Shown: piece after piece, positions 18,525-27,378 of the stretch
How positions within the stretch are numbered: the first letter of the stretch is position 1
How the letters are laid out: each line of letters starts with the position of its first letter
Assembly (NCBI GenBank): GCA_963677595.1
Contig: OY782041.1
Span: 1,888,001-1,952,000, forward strand
Reading direction: 5' to 3'
Length of the DNA stretch: 64,000 nt
Source of the DNA: Spirochaetia bacterium
GTDB taxonomy: Bacteria > Spirochaetota > Spirochaetia > CAKZLE01
Translations under genes and position numbers: made by a program
Notes under the pieces: model-generated
Database searches by the model: none
What the model was told of the DNA's origin: nothing
What the model saw: only the letters and a program-made list of their open reading frames with translations

Positions 18525-19502
18525 TTAGCGATTGATGATGGAGAGGAGGATATCGGGGCGATCGGTGATGATCCCGTCGACACCCCAGGAGATGAGTTCT
18601 CCCATCGTCTCCGGGGAGTTCACCGTCCAGGGGATGATGAGCAGCCCCAGTTCATGGGCCCTCTTCACATCCTCCTCGGAAATATCACGGCTGCGGGGAG
18701 AGATGATGTCGGCGCCGAAGGCTGCGGCAAGGTCGCAGGCAGATGGATACTCATCGGCATCAAACCCCGCAAGCCAGGGGGAGGGGCCGGGTTTCCCATA
18801 CTGGAGATTGAAGGAGTACCCCTCGAAGGTGAGGTCTGCCGCGGTGAGGCAGGCCGTCAGTATCGACGGGTATTGCTCGTTCACCAGGGTCAGGGATCGC
18901 CAGTCGAAGGACTGGATAGTGCAGAGGTCGGCTTTCCCATGATCCATGATACCCTGCAGGACTGCTTCCACGATCTCGGGAACCGTCTTCGTGTACTCCG
19001 GGAAATCGGGGTAGGTCTTGATCTCGATATTATACCTGATCCCGCCATAGCCATGCTCATCCATTGTCTCGAAGAGTTCCTGCAGCGACGGTATATGCTC
19101 ATCAGGCACCGACTCCTGATTCCTATGAGACCTCGCGTAGGAGGTGAAGGGCTTGATCTTCCCAACCCGGTAGGTTTGCAGTTCCTCAAACGTGAGGTCC
19201 TTGATCAGGATCTTCGGGTATTCGGAAACATAGCGTCCCTTGTCTGTCCTGACCAGCGTGTTCGAGAGATATGGGTCATGGCTGACCACCACCACATCAT
19301 CCGCGGTGAGAGCAACATCCAGTTCCAGGGTGGTGACACCCAGTGAAGCTGCATGGAGGAACGCCGTCATGGTGTTCTCAGGGTAGAGGTCCCGCCCCCC
19401 GCGATGGGCTTGGACGTCGAATGCGGGGAGGTTCCCCATACTGAGCAAGGCCAGTAGGAGGGCTAAGAACATGATTCTTGGTTGCACAGTAATCCGTACC
19501 AT
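18525..19502 (-). CDS. Secreted glycerophosphodiester phosphodiesterase
   Basis: Signal peptide; QAHRGGR..PENT, LELDV, SHD, NIEIK, QSFDW, WTVN, GIITDRP. Confidence 0.9.
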   Translation of the reverse strand: MVRITVQPRIMFLALLLALLSMGNLPAFDVQAHRGGRDLYPENTMTAFLHAASLGVTTLELDVALTADDVVVVSHDPYLSNTLVRTDKGRYVSEYPKILIKDLTFEELQTYRVGKIKPFTSYARSHRNQESVPDEHIPSLQELFETMDEHGYGGIRYNIEIKTYPDFPEYTKTVPEIVEAVLQGIMDHGKADLCTIQSFDWRSLTLVNEQYPSILTACLTAADLTFEGYSFNLQYGKPGPSPWLAGFDADEYPSACDLAAAFGADIISPRSRDISEEDVKRAHELGLLIIPWTVNSPETMGELISWGVDGIITDRPDILLSIINR

Positions 19503-19598
19503 AATATCCTCTTACAGCCATGATACCGCAGGACCCGGCAGAAAGCCAGTACTGGTATTCCGGGAGAACACTTTTGTGAACCGGAGAACTTGAGATGA

Positions 19599-19703
19599 AA
19601 AAGTGTCTGGAAATCTAGACAAAAACAGAAAAATTGTAAAAGTGTCTGGAAAATTAGACAAAATACGAAAAATTGTGAGAGTGTCTGGAATGTTAGACAA
19701 AAA
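19599..19703. repeat. 3 x 39 bp tandem array with palindromic core
   Basis: AGTGTCTGGAA recurs at 19602, 19641 and 19680; core TGTCT-N8-AGACA in each unit. Confidence 0.9.
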
Positions 19704-19751
19704 CCACAGAGAATCAATCCAAGTTCCCTATACATAACTTGAAATAGCTTT

Positions 19752-21500
19752 CTACGGATTTCTCACCACCCAGCAGTACTTCAGCTCCGTCTTGGGGAAA
19801 GAATCCGGGGACCTCCCGTTATCAAGGTAGAAGACCCAGGCTTCCGTGCTGTCTGCCGCACTGGAGGTAGAGGTCCACCAGAACTTCTCTTCAGGGACTT
19901 CGGTGGAGAAGCTGGTCGCGATGTACGCATCATTGGAGCTGACCCCGTAGGAGGGGAGCGAGAGCATCTCGTTTCTGTTGGGCAGTCTCCAGTCGGAGTA
20001 TCCTGCATACTCGAGCGAAGCTGCATAGGTGAGGGCATCATCCCAGTTCACAGGTGCCGGGTACGGGTCCTGCTTCCACTGCAGCCCGGTGAGGGCATCG
20101 TAGACCGTGCCGCCGGTGATGAGGAACCGCGGGGAAGGCCATGGAACCCCGAACCGGAGGTAGCCGTCATCCCCCTGGTTGACATAGGTGTACCGTCCTG
20201 TCCTCGGCAGCGAACTAGTGCCGGCTGATGCTTCACGTACCAGGATGATCATGGCGAACGAACCATAGTTCGATACGTTCTGCCTGAAGAACTTCCCGCT
20301 CCCGAGGTTCACGACATAGGCCCAGCCGCTCGTCGAGTATGAGCCGTAGCTCATGGTGGAGCTCCAGTACTCGTCATTCCTCACACCGGAGAACCCGTCA
20401 TGGCTGTTGAGCCATGAGGCCGTGCTCGACTGCCCTGCATGGACGAGGCTGTACAGCTCCCTGACATTCGGCAAGTGCCAATCATCGTAGCCGCAGTAAC
20501 TCTCATCATTCCTGGCTGTCAGGTAGTTCGTTGTTGCATACCTCCACTCGTAACCGCTTGCATAATAGGGCGGGGCTCCCTGCCACATCAGGCCTGTGAG
20601 GTTGTCGGTGACCGTCCCGTCCTCGTGGTCGGTGAACCTCGGTTCCGGCCATGCGGTCCCCGTCTCCAGGTCCCCGTCATCACCGGCAAGCTGGCTGTCA
20701 GTCTCCCCCGTCTTCGGGATCGATACTGCCGGTGCTGCGATGGTGACGGTCATGTTGGTATTGCTCGCCGTCGCAGATGAGTCATGGTAGGGGATGGTCA
20801 GGATCACCCCGTAGCTGCCGGGAACCGAAGAGCCGACGGTGAAGGAGAACGAGGTCGTCTCGGCAGGCTTGAGCTGTGTCTCATCGGGAAATCCCGTGAT
20901 CGTAAAGGCTGATCCCCCAGGCCCGGTGAACCGTACCAGAGGGGTCCCATCGAGGGTCATCAGGGCACTGCCGTGATTCTTGATCGTGTACTCGTAGTGC
21001 ATCTCAAGGTCTAAATATCCTGTTCCGAGGTCCTTGGAGGCATAGATCTGGTCAATGCAGTCGGCATCCTCGAAGAGTGCGAGGAGCGCGTTCCCGTTCT
21101 GGGAGAGGTAGAAGTCATCGGGGTAGTCGAAGGCTGCTTCCACCTCCCCGTCGACCTCGCTCTCGTAGATCCCGACCGTCTCGTAGTCGACCCCGCCTAT
21201 GGGGTCGCCGCCCGAGTCGTCGGTATCGATGAAGCCGTCGATGGAGATGTCAGTCCCCCCGGTGAAGGTCCTCCCCCCATCGACACTGATGGTCGTGACC
21301 CCTGCGGTGAGGGGTGCCGACCCGGTGACCGGCGGATCCTCCCCCTCGACGGTCACTGTATACCGGAAGGGGCTCCCGATGAGGGATTCCCCTCCCCGTA
21401 TCACGATGGTGATACTGCCATCCTGCGGCGAGAAGAGCGGGCAGCCTGAAAGGAGCATCAGAACTGCACTCAGCACCAGGGCCTTCAGCAGGTTTTTCAT
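19752..21500 (-). CDS. Lipoprotein with Ig-like region and two DUF1566 (Lcl C-terminal) domains
   Basis: LSG-C lipobox; GTVTDNLTGLMW / DALTGLQW, DWHLPN..EL / DWRLPN..E, YWSST / WWTST. Confidence 0.85.
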   Translation of the reverse strand: MKNLLKALVLSAVLMLLSGCPLFSPQDGSITIVIRGGESLIGSPFRYTVTVEGEDPPVTGSAPLTAGVTTISVDGGRTFTGGTDISIDGFIDTDDSGGDPIGGVDYETVGIYESEVDGEVEAAFDYPDDFYLSQNGNALLALFEDADCIDQIYASKDLGTGYLDLEMHYEYTIKNHGSALMTLDGTPLVRFTGPGGSAFTITGFPDETQLKPAETTSFSFTVGSSVPGSYGVILTIPYHDSSATASNTNMTVTIAAPAVSIPKTGETDSQLAGDDGDLETGTAWPEPRFTDHEDGTVTDNLTGLMWQGAPPYYASGYEWRYATTNYLTARNDESYCGYDDWHLPNVRELYSLVHAGQSSTASWLNSHDGFSGVRNDEYWSSTMSYGSYSTSGWAYVVNLGSGKFFRQNVSNYGSFAMIILVREASAGTSSLPRTGRYTYVNQGDDGYLRFGVPWPSPRFLITGGTVYDALTGLQWKQDPYPAPVNWDDALTYAASLEYAGYSDWRLPNRNEMLSLPSYGVSSNDAYIATSFSTEVPEEKFWWTSTSSAADSTEAWVFYLDNGRSPDSFPKTELKYCWVVRNP

Positions 21501-21501
21501 G

Positions 21502-22374
21502 TCAGTTCACCGTGATGGTGAAGTCCGCCTTGTAGGGTGAGGCAGCATCGGTATCATCGGTGTCGTTGTCATCGAAGGGGATGCTGATCTGTGCCTGGTA
21601 GGCTCCAGGCGTTTCCGTATTGACGGTCAGGACGAAGGTGACATAGGTACCGGGGATGATCCCGGTCCCGGGGTCGGGCTGCGTGGTGATAGAGAAGACC
21701 TCCGTATCTCCGGTGACGGTCACGTAGTTCGGGGAACTCCCGGTCAGCTCAAGCAGGGCCGTGCCGTCATTCTGGATGCGGCAGGTGAAGTCCTTGGCAA
21801 CACCTGCAGTCGCGGAGCCAAGGTCGTTCTCCTGCTGGTGGAACCTAAAGTACATGTTGCCGGTATTACCATAGAGGGTGATGGAGGCATTGCCTGATTC
21901 CGAAAGATGGAAGTCAGTGGGATAGGCCCCGGTGAGGACCATGTCGCCGTTGATGTTCCCGCAGACCAGTTTGTCTATCAGATCATTGGCCTCATAGTCG
22001 ATGCCGCCATAGTTTTCCCCGTCATCATCGACATCGATGTAGCCAAAGAAGCTGATCACGTTGTTCGCTTGGAAAAGATAGTCCGTTCCCAGTGCATCTG
22101 GGTCCTCGATGGTAACATGGACCTCGCCGTCGGTGATCACCTCGGAATCGGTGAAGGTCTTGTAATCATCGAGTGCCTTCTCTCCCGGGAATGTGTCTAT
22201 CTCGTAGTGAAAGTCACATCCCTCGTAATCATCCGCACCCGTGATATTGATCGTGACCGTCCCGGGATCGATGATCTCGGTCGGGTTGCAGCTGGTGAAC
22301 AGCAATGCTGCCGCTGCCAGGATGCAGACGGCAGTGACTAGCAGGTTCTTTCTCAGAGTTCTTCTTGGTCCCAT
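21502..22374 (-). CDS. Lipoprotein with Ig-like domain, paralog of the N-half of the downstream gene
   Basis: FTS-C lipobox; shared motifs G(F/Y)ID.DD..GG.DYE, YP.DF.LS..GNA, I.N.G.A...L.G. Confidence 0.75.
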   Translation of the reverse strand: MGPRRTLRKNLLVTAVCILAAAALLFTSCNPTEIIDPGTVTINITGADDYEGCDFHYEIDTFPGEKALDDYKTFTDSEVITDGEVHVTIEDPDALGTDYLFQANNVISFFGYIDVDDDGENYGGIDYEANDLIDKLVCGNINGDMVLTGAYPTDFHLSESGNASITLYGNTGNMYFRFHQQENDLGSATAGVAKDFTCRIQNDGTALLELTGSSPNYVTVTGDTEVFSITTQPDPGTGIIPGTYVTFVLTVNTETPGAYQAQISIPFDDNDTDDTDAASPYKADFTITVN

Positions 22375-22466
22375 ACGTTCTTCCCTCCCTGAGAGGCTCT
22401 CAGGCAGGTACTGAAGTGAACTGGTTCAAGTGGTATGCCGAAGCGGCTAGCACACCTCTCTTATGA

Positions 22467-22495
22467 TTATAGTCCCACCGGGACTTGAATACAAT
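22467..22495 (-). promoter_or_regulatory. Sigma70 promoter of the lipoprotein pair
   Basis: TTGTAT-17 bp-TATAAT, with palindrome AGTCCC-N3-GGGACT across the spacer. Confidence 0.65.
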
Positions 22496-22634
22496 GTTTG
22501 CAGATTCAGTTTTTTACTTTTCGCCCCAATAATTCAATAATTATCTATTGGGTTTCGAGGAGTCAGTCTCAGTCATGATGAGGGATCCTAAGGTGGTAAA
22601 AGCTGATGGGTATCCAGGTTTTGTATGGTCCATG

Positions 22635-22724
22635 ATTTCCTTGTGACAGGGAAAGAATTCTTGTGATATTTCCCTGTGAGAGGGAAACAATTGAATTGAT
22701 ATTTCCTTGTGACAAGGAAAGAAT
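22635..22724. repeat. 3 x 33 bp tandem array with palindromic core
   Basis: ATTTCCYTGTGASARGGAAASAAT at 22635, 22668 and 22701; copy 3 is the perfect TTTCCTTGT-G-ACAAGGAAA. Confidence 0.9.
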
Positions 22725-23056
22725 CGAAAGATACCCTCTACCGGTACTTAGGATACCTGACGGAGACCGGGTTCTTCTCCCTGGAGAATGCCGTGTACAC
22801 CTGCCTGAGGCAAGGGTCTGCCGCCCCGGTGTATTTCAACAACGGTTCAGCCGAAGTGGATTTCATCACTGAGACAGCACTGGTCCAGGTGTGTGATACG
22901 GTTGACCCCGATACGATAGGGCGGGAACTACAAGGGTTCACTGCCTTCGGACAGCAGTATGGTGACCGGTTGGCAAGAGTCCTGGTGTATATAGACTCCG
23001 ACGGGGAGGATCATGAAGGGATGGTTCCCGTATATGATTTCCTTGCCGGAACCTGA
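22724..23056 (+). pseudogene. Deleted remnant of an AAA_14/DUF4143 gene
   Basis: wHTH-like SKDTLYRYLGYL joined to LENAVY..YF..EVDF..LVQVC; no Walker A/B motifs. Confidence 0.7.
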
Positions 23057-23059
23057 GAC

Positions 23060-23761
23060 TCAGACCTCTATTTCTAGTTCCGGATAGAGGGTCTGGATGC
23101 ACTTCGGGCAGAGCCCGTGGCTGAACCCGATCTCGTGCTCCTCATCGAGGAGCTGCTCGATATGGTGCCATTCCCCATGCTGGTCCCGGATGCTCTTGCA
23201 GTTGGAGCAGATGGGGACGACTCCCCTGAGGGCCTTGATCTCGTGGAGGAACCCGGTGATGTTCGCATGTTTCGTATCGAGGAGCTGGTTCATGTAGAGG
23301 ATCTCGAGGTTGGCTTCGATGACCTGCTTGAACTTTCCCATCAGCTGCTCGACGGCCGGCAGGTATGCGTTCTCCTTCCTGTCCAGGATGCACAGGGTCC
23401 CGAAGGGGGTGTGGTCGGGAAAGGAGATGGGGAAGCCGAGATAGGAGATCATGTCCAGCTTGATATCGGGGTTATGGTCCCAGTCCGGGTCCTTGAGGGC
23501 ATTCGGCACGAGCAGACGCTGCTGGCTTGAGATCACCTCTTCACAGTAGAGACCGGAATCCTTAAGGACCTCGGATTCTCCCGACGTATAAGGGTTGTCC
23601 TCATTGGAGCTGGCGATGAGGACCTGGATCTTTTCACCCTGAAGCTGCATGACCAGGCCTGCAGGTACTCCGATGAGCTCAGACAGCAGGTCGGTGATCT
23701 GCTGCCAGGAGTGCTGGAACGCTTCGGGGATCGTGATGCTGTCGCGCTTGAATTGGCTCAT
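23060..23761 (-). CDS. GAF domain protein with C-terminal Cys/His zinc-binding module
   Basis: YLGFPI..PFGTLCILD GAF; ICSNCKSIRD..W..SHGLCPKC. Confidence 0.8.
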   Translation of the reverse strand: MSQFKRDSITIPEAFQHSWQQITDLLSELIGVPAGLVMQLQGEKIQVLIASSNEDNPYTSGESEVLKDSGLYCEEVISSQQRLLVPNALKDPDWDHNPDIKLDMISYLGFPISFPDHTPFGTLCILDRKENAYLPAVEQLMGKFKQVIEANLEILYMNQLLDTKHANITGFLHEIKALRGVVPICSNCKSIRDQHGEWHHIEQLLDEEHEIGFSHGLCPKCIQTLYPELEIEV

Positions 23762-23842
23762 AGGACACCTCAGTACTTTCTTTTCATGATACTACTCCCA
23801 CTCTGATCAGGTCTATATGTAATGTGCGTGCAGCGGGTAAAA

Positions 23843-24733
23843 TCATGCTCCCCGGTTCTTTTTCCGGTATTCCGAAGGCGTGCAGCCGAAAGACTCCCGG
23901 AAGGTCCGGTTGAATCGGGAGATGTCGGGGAAACCCGACTCATAGCAGACGGAGAGGATCTTGTCATCTGTGGTTCTCAGCTTCTGCAGGGCGGCTGCGA
24001 GTCTCCGCTGCTTCAGGTAGTCACCAGTGCTCATGCCGGTATACTCCCGGAAGTGCCGGCAGAGGTTCGCTTCCCGCAGCCCGCTGAGCTCACAGAGCTC
24101 GGTGAGCCTGACCGGTTCGGTATAATGGCTCTCGAGATACCTGATCACCCGGTCCATCCGCAGGTCATTACTGTCCCGCTCGACAGTAGGGGCAGCCCGG
24201 CAGAGCTCTATGAGGAAGAGGGAGAAGAGGTCCTCCATCGCCTTCTCAGCCCCGGGGCTGCCGGAGTCCTGTTCCCCATGGAGCAATCTTAGAATGACGG
24301 CAGCCTTGCGGGGATCGGGGAGCTGGAGGTGCTGGATGCGGTTGAGGCGGTTGCCGAGCTCGGGGTGGAGGGGGATGAGGGAATAGAGCCTGCCGGAGAG
24401 TGGGGTGGGGAGGTCGGGGAAAGGGTAGCGCTGCGGGTCCAAGTAGATGTTCATGAGCTCGACCGGGCCATCCTGGGTCTTGAGGGAGTGGAACTGCCGG
24501 TAGTTGAGGATCGTCAGGCTCCCGTCCGTCTCGTCATAGGTCTCGTCAGCCATGATATGCCGGAAGCTGCCCCGGATGACATAGAGCATCTCGATGAATG
24601 CATGGCTGTGGTAGGCATGGTCCTCCTGCTCGAAACCCTCGAAGTACTCGAGGGCGAGACCGGTCCGCTCAAGCCGGTCGCGCCGGGATGCGACATTGGG
24701 TTCCCTCAGGATCGGTAAAGATTCGCTTTCCAT
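23843..24733 (-). CDS. AraC family regulator with cupin sensor
   Basis: HSHAFIE cupin; double HTH ending SGF.D.S.FNRTF..FGCTPSEYR. Confidence 0.9.
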   Translation of the reverse strand: MESESLPILREPNVASRRDRLERTGLALEYFEGFEQEDHAYHSHAFIEMLYVIRGSFRHIMADETYDETDGSLTILNYRQFHSLKTQDGPVELMNIYLDPQRYPFPDLPTPLSGRLYSLIPLHPELGNRLNRIQHLQLPDPRKAAVILRLLHGEQDSGSPGAEKAMEDLFSLFLIELCRAAPTVERDSNDLRMDRVIRYLESHYTEPVRLTELCELSGLREANLCRHFREYTGMSTGDYLKQRRLAAALQKLRTTDDKILSVCYESGFPDISRFNRTFRESFGCTPSEYRKKNRGA

Positions 24734-24810
24734 TTAATAAATATAGACCAAGATTTATGAAAAATACAGGTTTATCTTTATACTATCATAGAGAACACAG
24801 GAGCAGATAC

Positions 24811-25866
24811 ATGAACGCAAGGGAACGAGTGCTTGCAGTACTCAACAGGGAGAAGCCCGACCGGGTCCCCGTCGATATGTGGCTGGTACCGGAACTGGTC
24901 GAGCAGTTCAAGGAGTACCTCGACGTTGAGGATGAACTCGATATCTACCGGAAGCTCGACATCGACAAGATCGTCTGGCTCGGCATCCCCTACAAGGGGG
25001 TCATCCTCAAGGACCCGAACGAGCACCAGGAGGTCAACCACTGGGGCGTGCGCTTCGAGCAGGTGGAAGCCAATGAGGGGGTCGAGTACGGCGAGGTCTC
25101 CTTCAACCCCCTGAAGGGGCTCTCCACGGTAGAGGAACTCGATGCCTACCCCTGGCCCGACCCGGATAACTTCGACTATGTCACCGCCGCAGCAGAGGCG
25201 AAGGAACTCTCAAAGGAGTTCGTCACCCTCGGCCCCTGGGTATCGCTCTTCGAGGTCTACTGCCAGATGCGGGGGCTCGAGCAGGCCCTCATGGATACCG
25301 TCATGAACCCCGAGTTCCTCCACCGGGCCCTCGACCATATCGCGGAGAGCCAGGGCGAGATGGTGAGGCGGTTCCTCATCGCCGCCGAGGGGGCGATCGA
25401 CCTGGTCTTCCTGAGCGACGACATGGGCTCCCAGCAGAGCCTCCTCATGTCCCCGGCCTCCTTCGACGAGTTCATCTTCCCGCGGCTGAAAGGCTGGTGT
25501 GACATGGTCCACTCCTTCGGGGCGAGGACCTTCTTCCACACCGATGGGGCCTCAGAACCGATCATCCAGCGACTGATCGAGGCCGGGGTAGACGTCCTCA
25601 ACCCGATCCAGCACGTCTGCCCGGGGATGGACTGCGTCTCCCTGAAGGAGAAGTACGGGGATAGGGTCATCTTCCACGGCGGGGTGGAGAACCAGCAGGT
25701 CCTCCCCTTCGGGAGTGCCGCCGATGTCGCAGAAGAGACGACCCAATGCCTCAATGAGCTCGGGCCGGACGGGTACATCCCCTGTTCCTGCCACTTCGCC
25801 CAGGCTCATACGCCGAGGGAGAACATCCTGTCGTTAGTCAGGACGGTCCAGGAATACGAGTACTGA
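24811..25866 (+). CDS. Uroporphyrinogen decarboxylase-family (MtaA/CmuA-like) protein
   Basis: MNARERV..PDRVP, MRGLE, SDDMGSQ, HTDG, LNPIQ, FHGGVE, terminal CH. Confidence 0.85.
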   Translation: MNARERVLAVLNREKPDRVPVDMWLVPELVEQFKEYLDVEDELDIYRKLDIDKIVWLGIPYKGVILKDPNEHQEVNHWGVRFEQVEANEGVEYGEVSFNPLKGLSTVEELDAYPWPDPDNFDYVTAAAEAKELSKEFVTLGPWVSLFEVYCQMRGLEQALMDTVMNPEFLHRALDHIAESQGEMVRRFLIAAEGAIDLVFLSDDMGSQQSLLMSPASFDEFIFPRLKGWCDMVHSFGARTFFHTDGASEPIIQRLIEAGVDVLNPIQHVCPGMDCVSLKEKYGDRVIFHGGVENQQVLPFGSAADVAEETTQCLNELGPDGYIPCSCHFAQAHTPRENILSLVRTVQEYEY

Positions 25867-26014
25867 TGCGGTAAAGTTCATAAAAGATGTCAAGATTGTC
25901 CAAAAAGATATAAGATGGTCATATATTCCTCCAGAAGTTCACTATTACTATGAACAAGTAGCCTGCAGGAGAGAAGCAGGTCGAGATTCCAGGTTATGAA
26001 CATGTGGAGGAGTT

Positions 26015-27361
26015 ATGAACGGGAAAGAACTGATTACACAGGCAATGAACAATGAGCCGGTAGAGCGGGTGCCGTGGGTACCGTACACCGGGGTGCAGAT
26101 AGCCAACCTGAAGGGGTATACGGCCGAAGAGGTACTCAAGGACGGGGACAAGCTCCTCGCATGCCTCCAGGAGTCGCACCGGCAGTACTCGCCGGACGGG
26201 CAGCCGGTCGTATTCGACCTGCAGGTGGAGGCCGAAGTCCTCGGCTGTGACCTGCTGTGGGCAGAGAACTCACCGCCGACGGTGAGCAGCCACCCGCTGG
26301 CAGCAGTGGATGACATCCCGACGAAGCTCCCGGGGAAGGAGGAGGGAAGGATCCCCCTGATCCTCGACGTCATGAGGCGGTTCAAGCAGGAGGTCGGGGA
26401 GACCACGGCTCTCTACGGCCTGGTCTGCGGGCCGTTCACCCTCGCATCCCACCTTCGGGGAACGAACATCTTCATGGACATGTATGATGACCCTGCGTAT
26501 GTCGACCGGCTGCTTGCCTTCACCACGGAAGTCGCGATCACCATGGCTGACTACTATATCGAGGCAGGGATGGACGTCATCGGCGCCGTCGACCCGCTGG
26601 TTTCGCAGATATCGCCGGACACCTTCTCCCATTTCTTGAGCGGACCCTACGGGAAGTTCTTCGACCATGTACGATCGAAGGGTGTCTTCTCTTCCTTCTT
26701 CGTCTGCGGGGATGCCACCAAGAACCTCGAGGTGATGTGCAAGAGCGGTCCTGACTGCCTCTCCATAGACGAGAACATCGACCTCGCCGCCGCCAAGAAG
26801 GTCACTGATGCCTATGACCTGGTGATCTCCGGGAACCTGCAGCTTACCGTCGTCATGCTGCTCGGGAACCAGAAGGACAACCAGAAGGCGGCCATCGAGA
26901 AGATCGATGCCATGGGCAGTACCAACTTCATCCTGGCTCCCGGCTGCGACATCCCCTTCGATGTCCCGCCGGCAAACGTCATCGGGGTCGGGCAGGCCGT
27001 GCAGGATGTGGAGGCTACCAGGCTGTTCCTCGAGTCTTACGTAAAGGAGGAGTCCACCGTCGATGTGGAACTCCCGGACTACCCGAACCTTGACCACATC
27101 CTCATCGAGGTCCTCACGATCGACTCCGCGACCTGTGCCGCCTGCGGGTACATGAAGGCTGCGGCAGACGAGGCCGCAGGCCTCTTCACCGGCAGGCCGG
27201 TGAAGGTGGTGGAGCGCAAGATCACCGAACCGGAGAATATCGTGCGGCTCGGGAAGATGGGCGTGGCGAACCTGCCTGCCATGGCGATCCAGGGGAACGT
27301 GAAGTTCGTCTCCCTCATCCCGAACAGGCAGGAGCTCCTCACAGCCCTGGCTGAAGTATGA
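26015..27361 (+). CDS. URO-D/MtaA-family protein with C-terminal thioredoxin-like CxxC domain
   Basis: DLQVEAE.LGC, GPFTLA, FVCGD, ILAPGCDIP; C-terminal DSATCAACGYM...GVANLP. Confidence 0.85.
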   Translation: MNGKELITQAMNNEPVERVPWVPYTGVQIANLKGYTAEEVLKDGDKLLACLQESHRQYSPDGQPVVFDLQVEAEVLGCDLLWAENSPPTVSSHPLAAVDDIPTKLPGKEEGRIPLILDVMRRFKQEVGETTALYGLVCGPFTLASHLRGTNIFMDMYDDPAYVDRLLAFTTEVAITMADYYIEAGMDVIGAVDPLVSQISPDTFSHFLSGPYGKFFDHVRSKGVFSSFFVCGDATKNLEVMCKSGPDCLSIDENIDLAAAKKVTDAYDLVISGNLQLTVVMLLGNQKDNQKAAIEKIDAMGSTNFILAPGCDIPFDVPPANVIGVGQAVQDVEATRLFLESYVKEESTVDVELPDYPNLDHILIEVLTIDSATCAACGYMKAAADEAAGLFTGRPVKVVERKITEPENIVRLGKMGVANLPAMAIQGNVKFVSLIPNRQELLTALAEV

Positions 27362-27378
27362 CCTGAATCGAGGTGCTG

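Noticed and set aside
19752-19900. Complete diversity-generating retroelement
   Set aside because: No reverse transcriptase, Avd or template repeat in the window
19599-22724. The two 3-copy arrays as CRISPR arrays
   Set aside because: The linkers are short and similar to each other rather than unique 30+ nt spacers, and there are no cas genes
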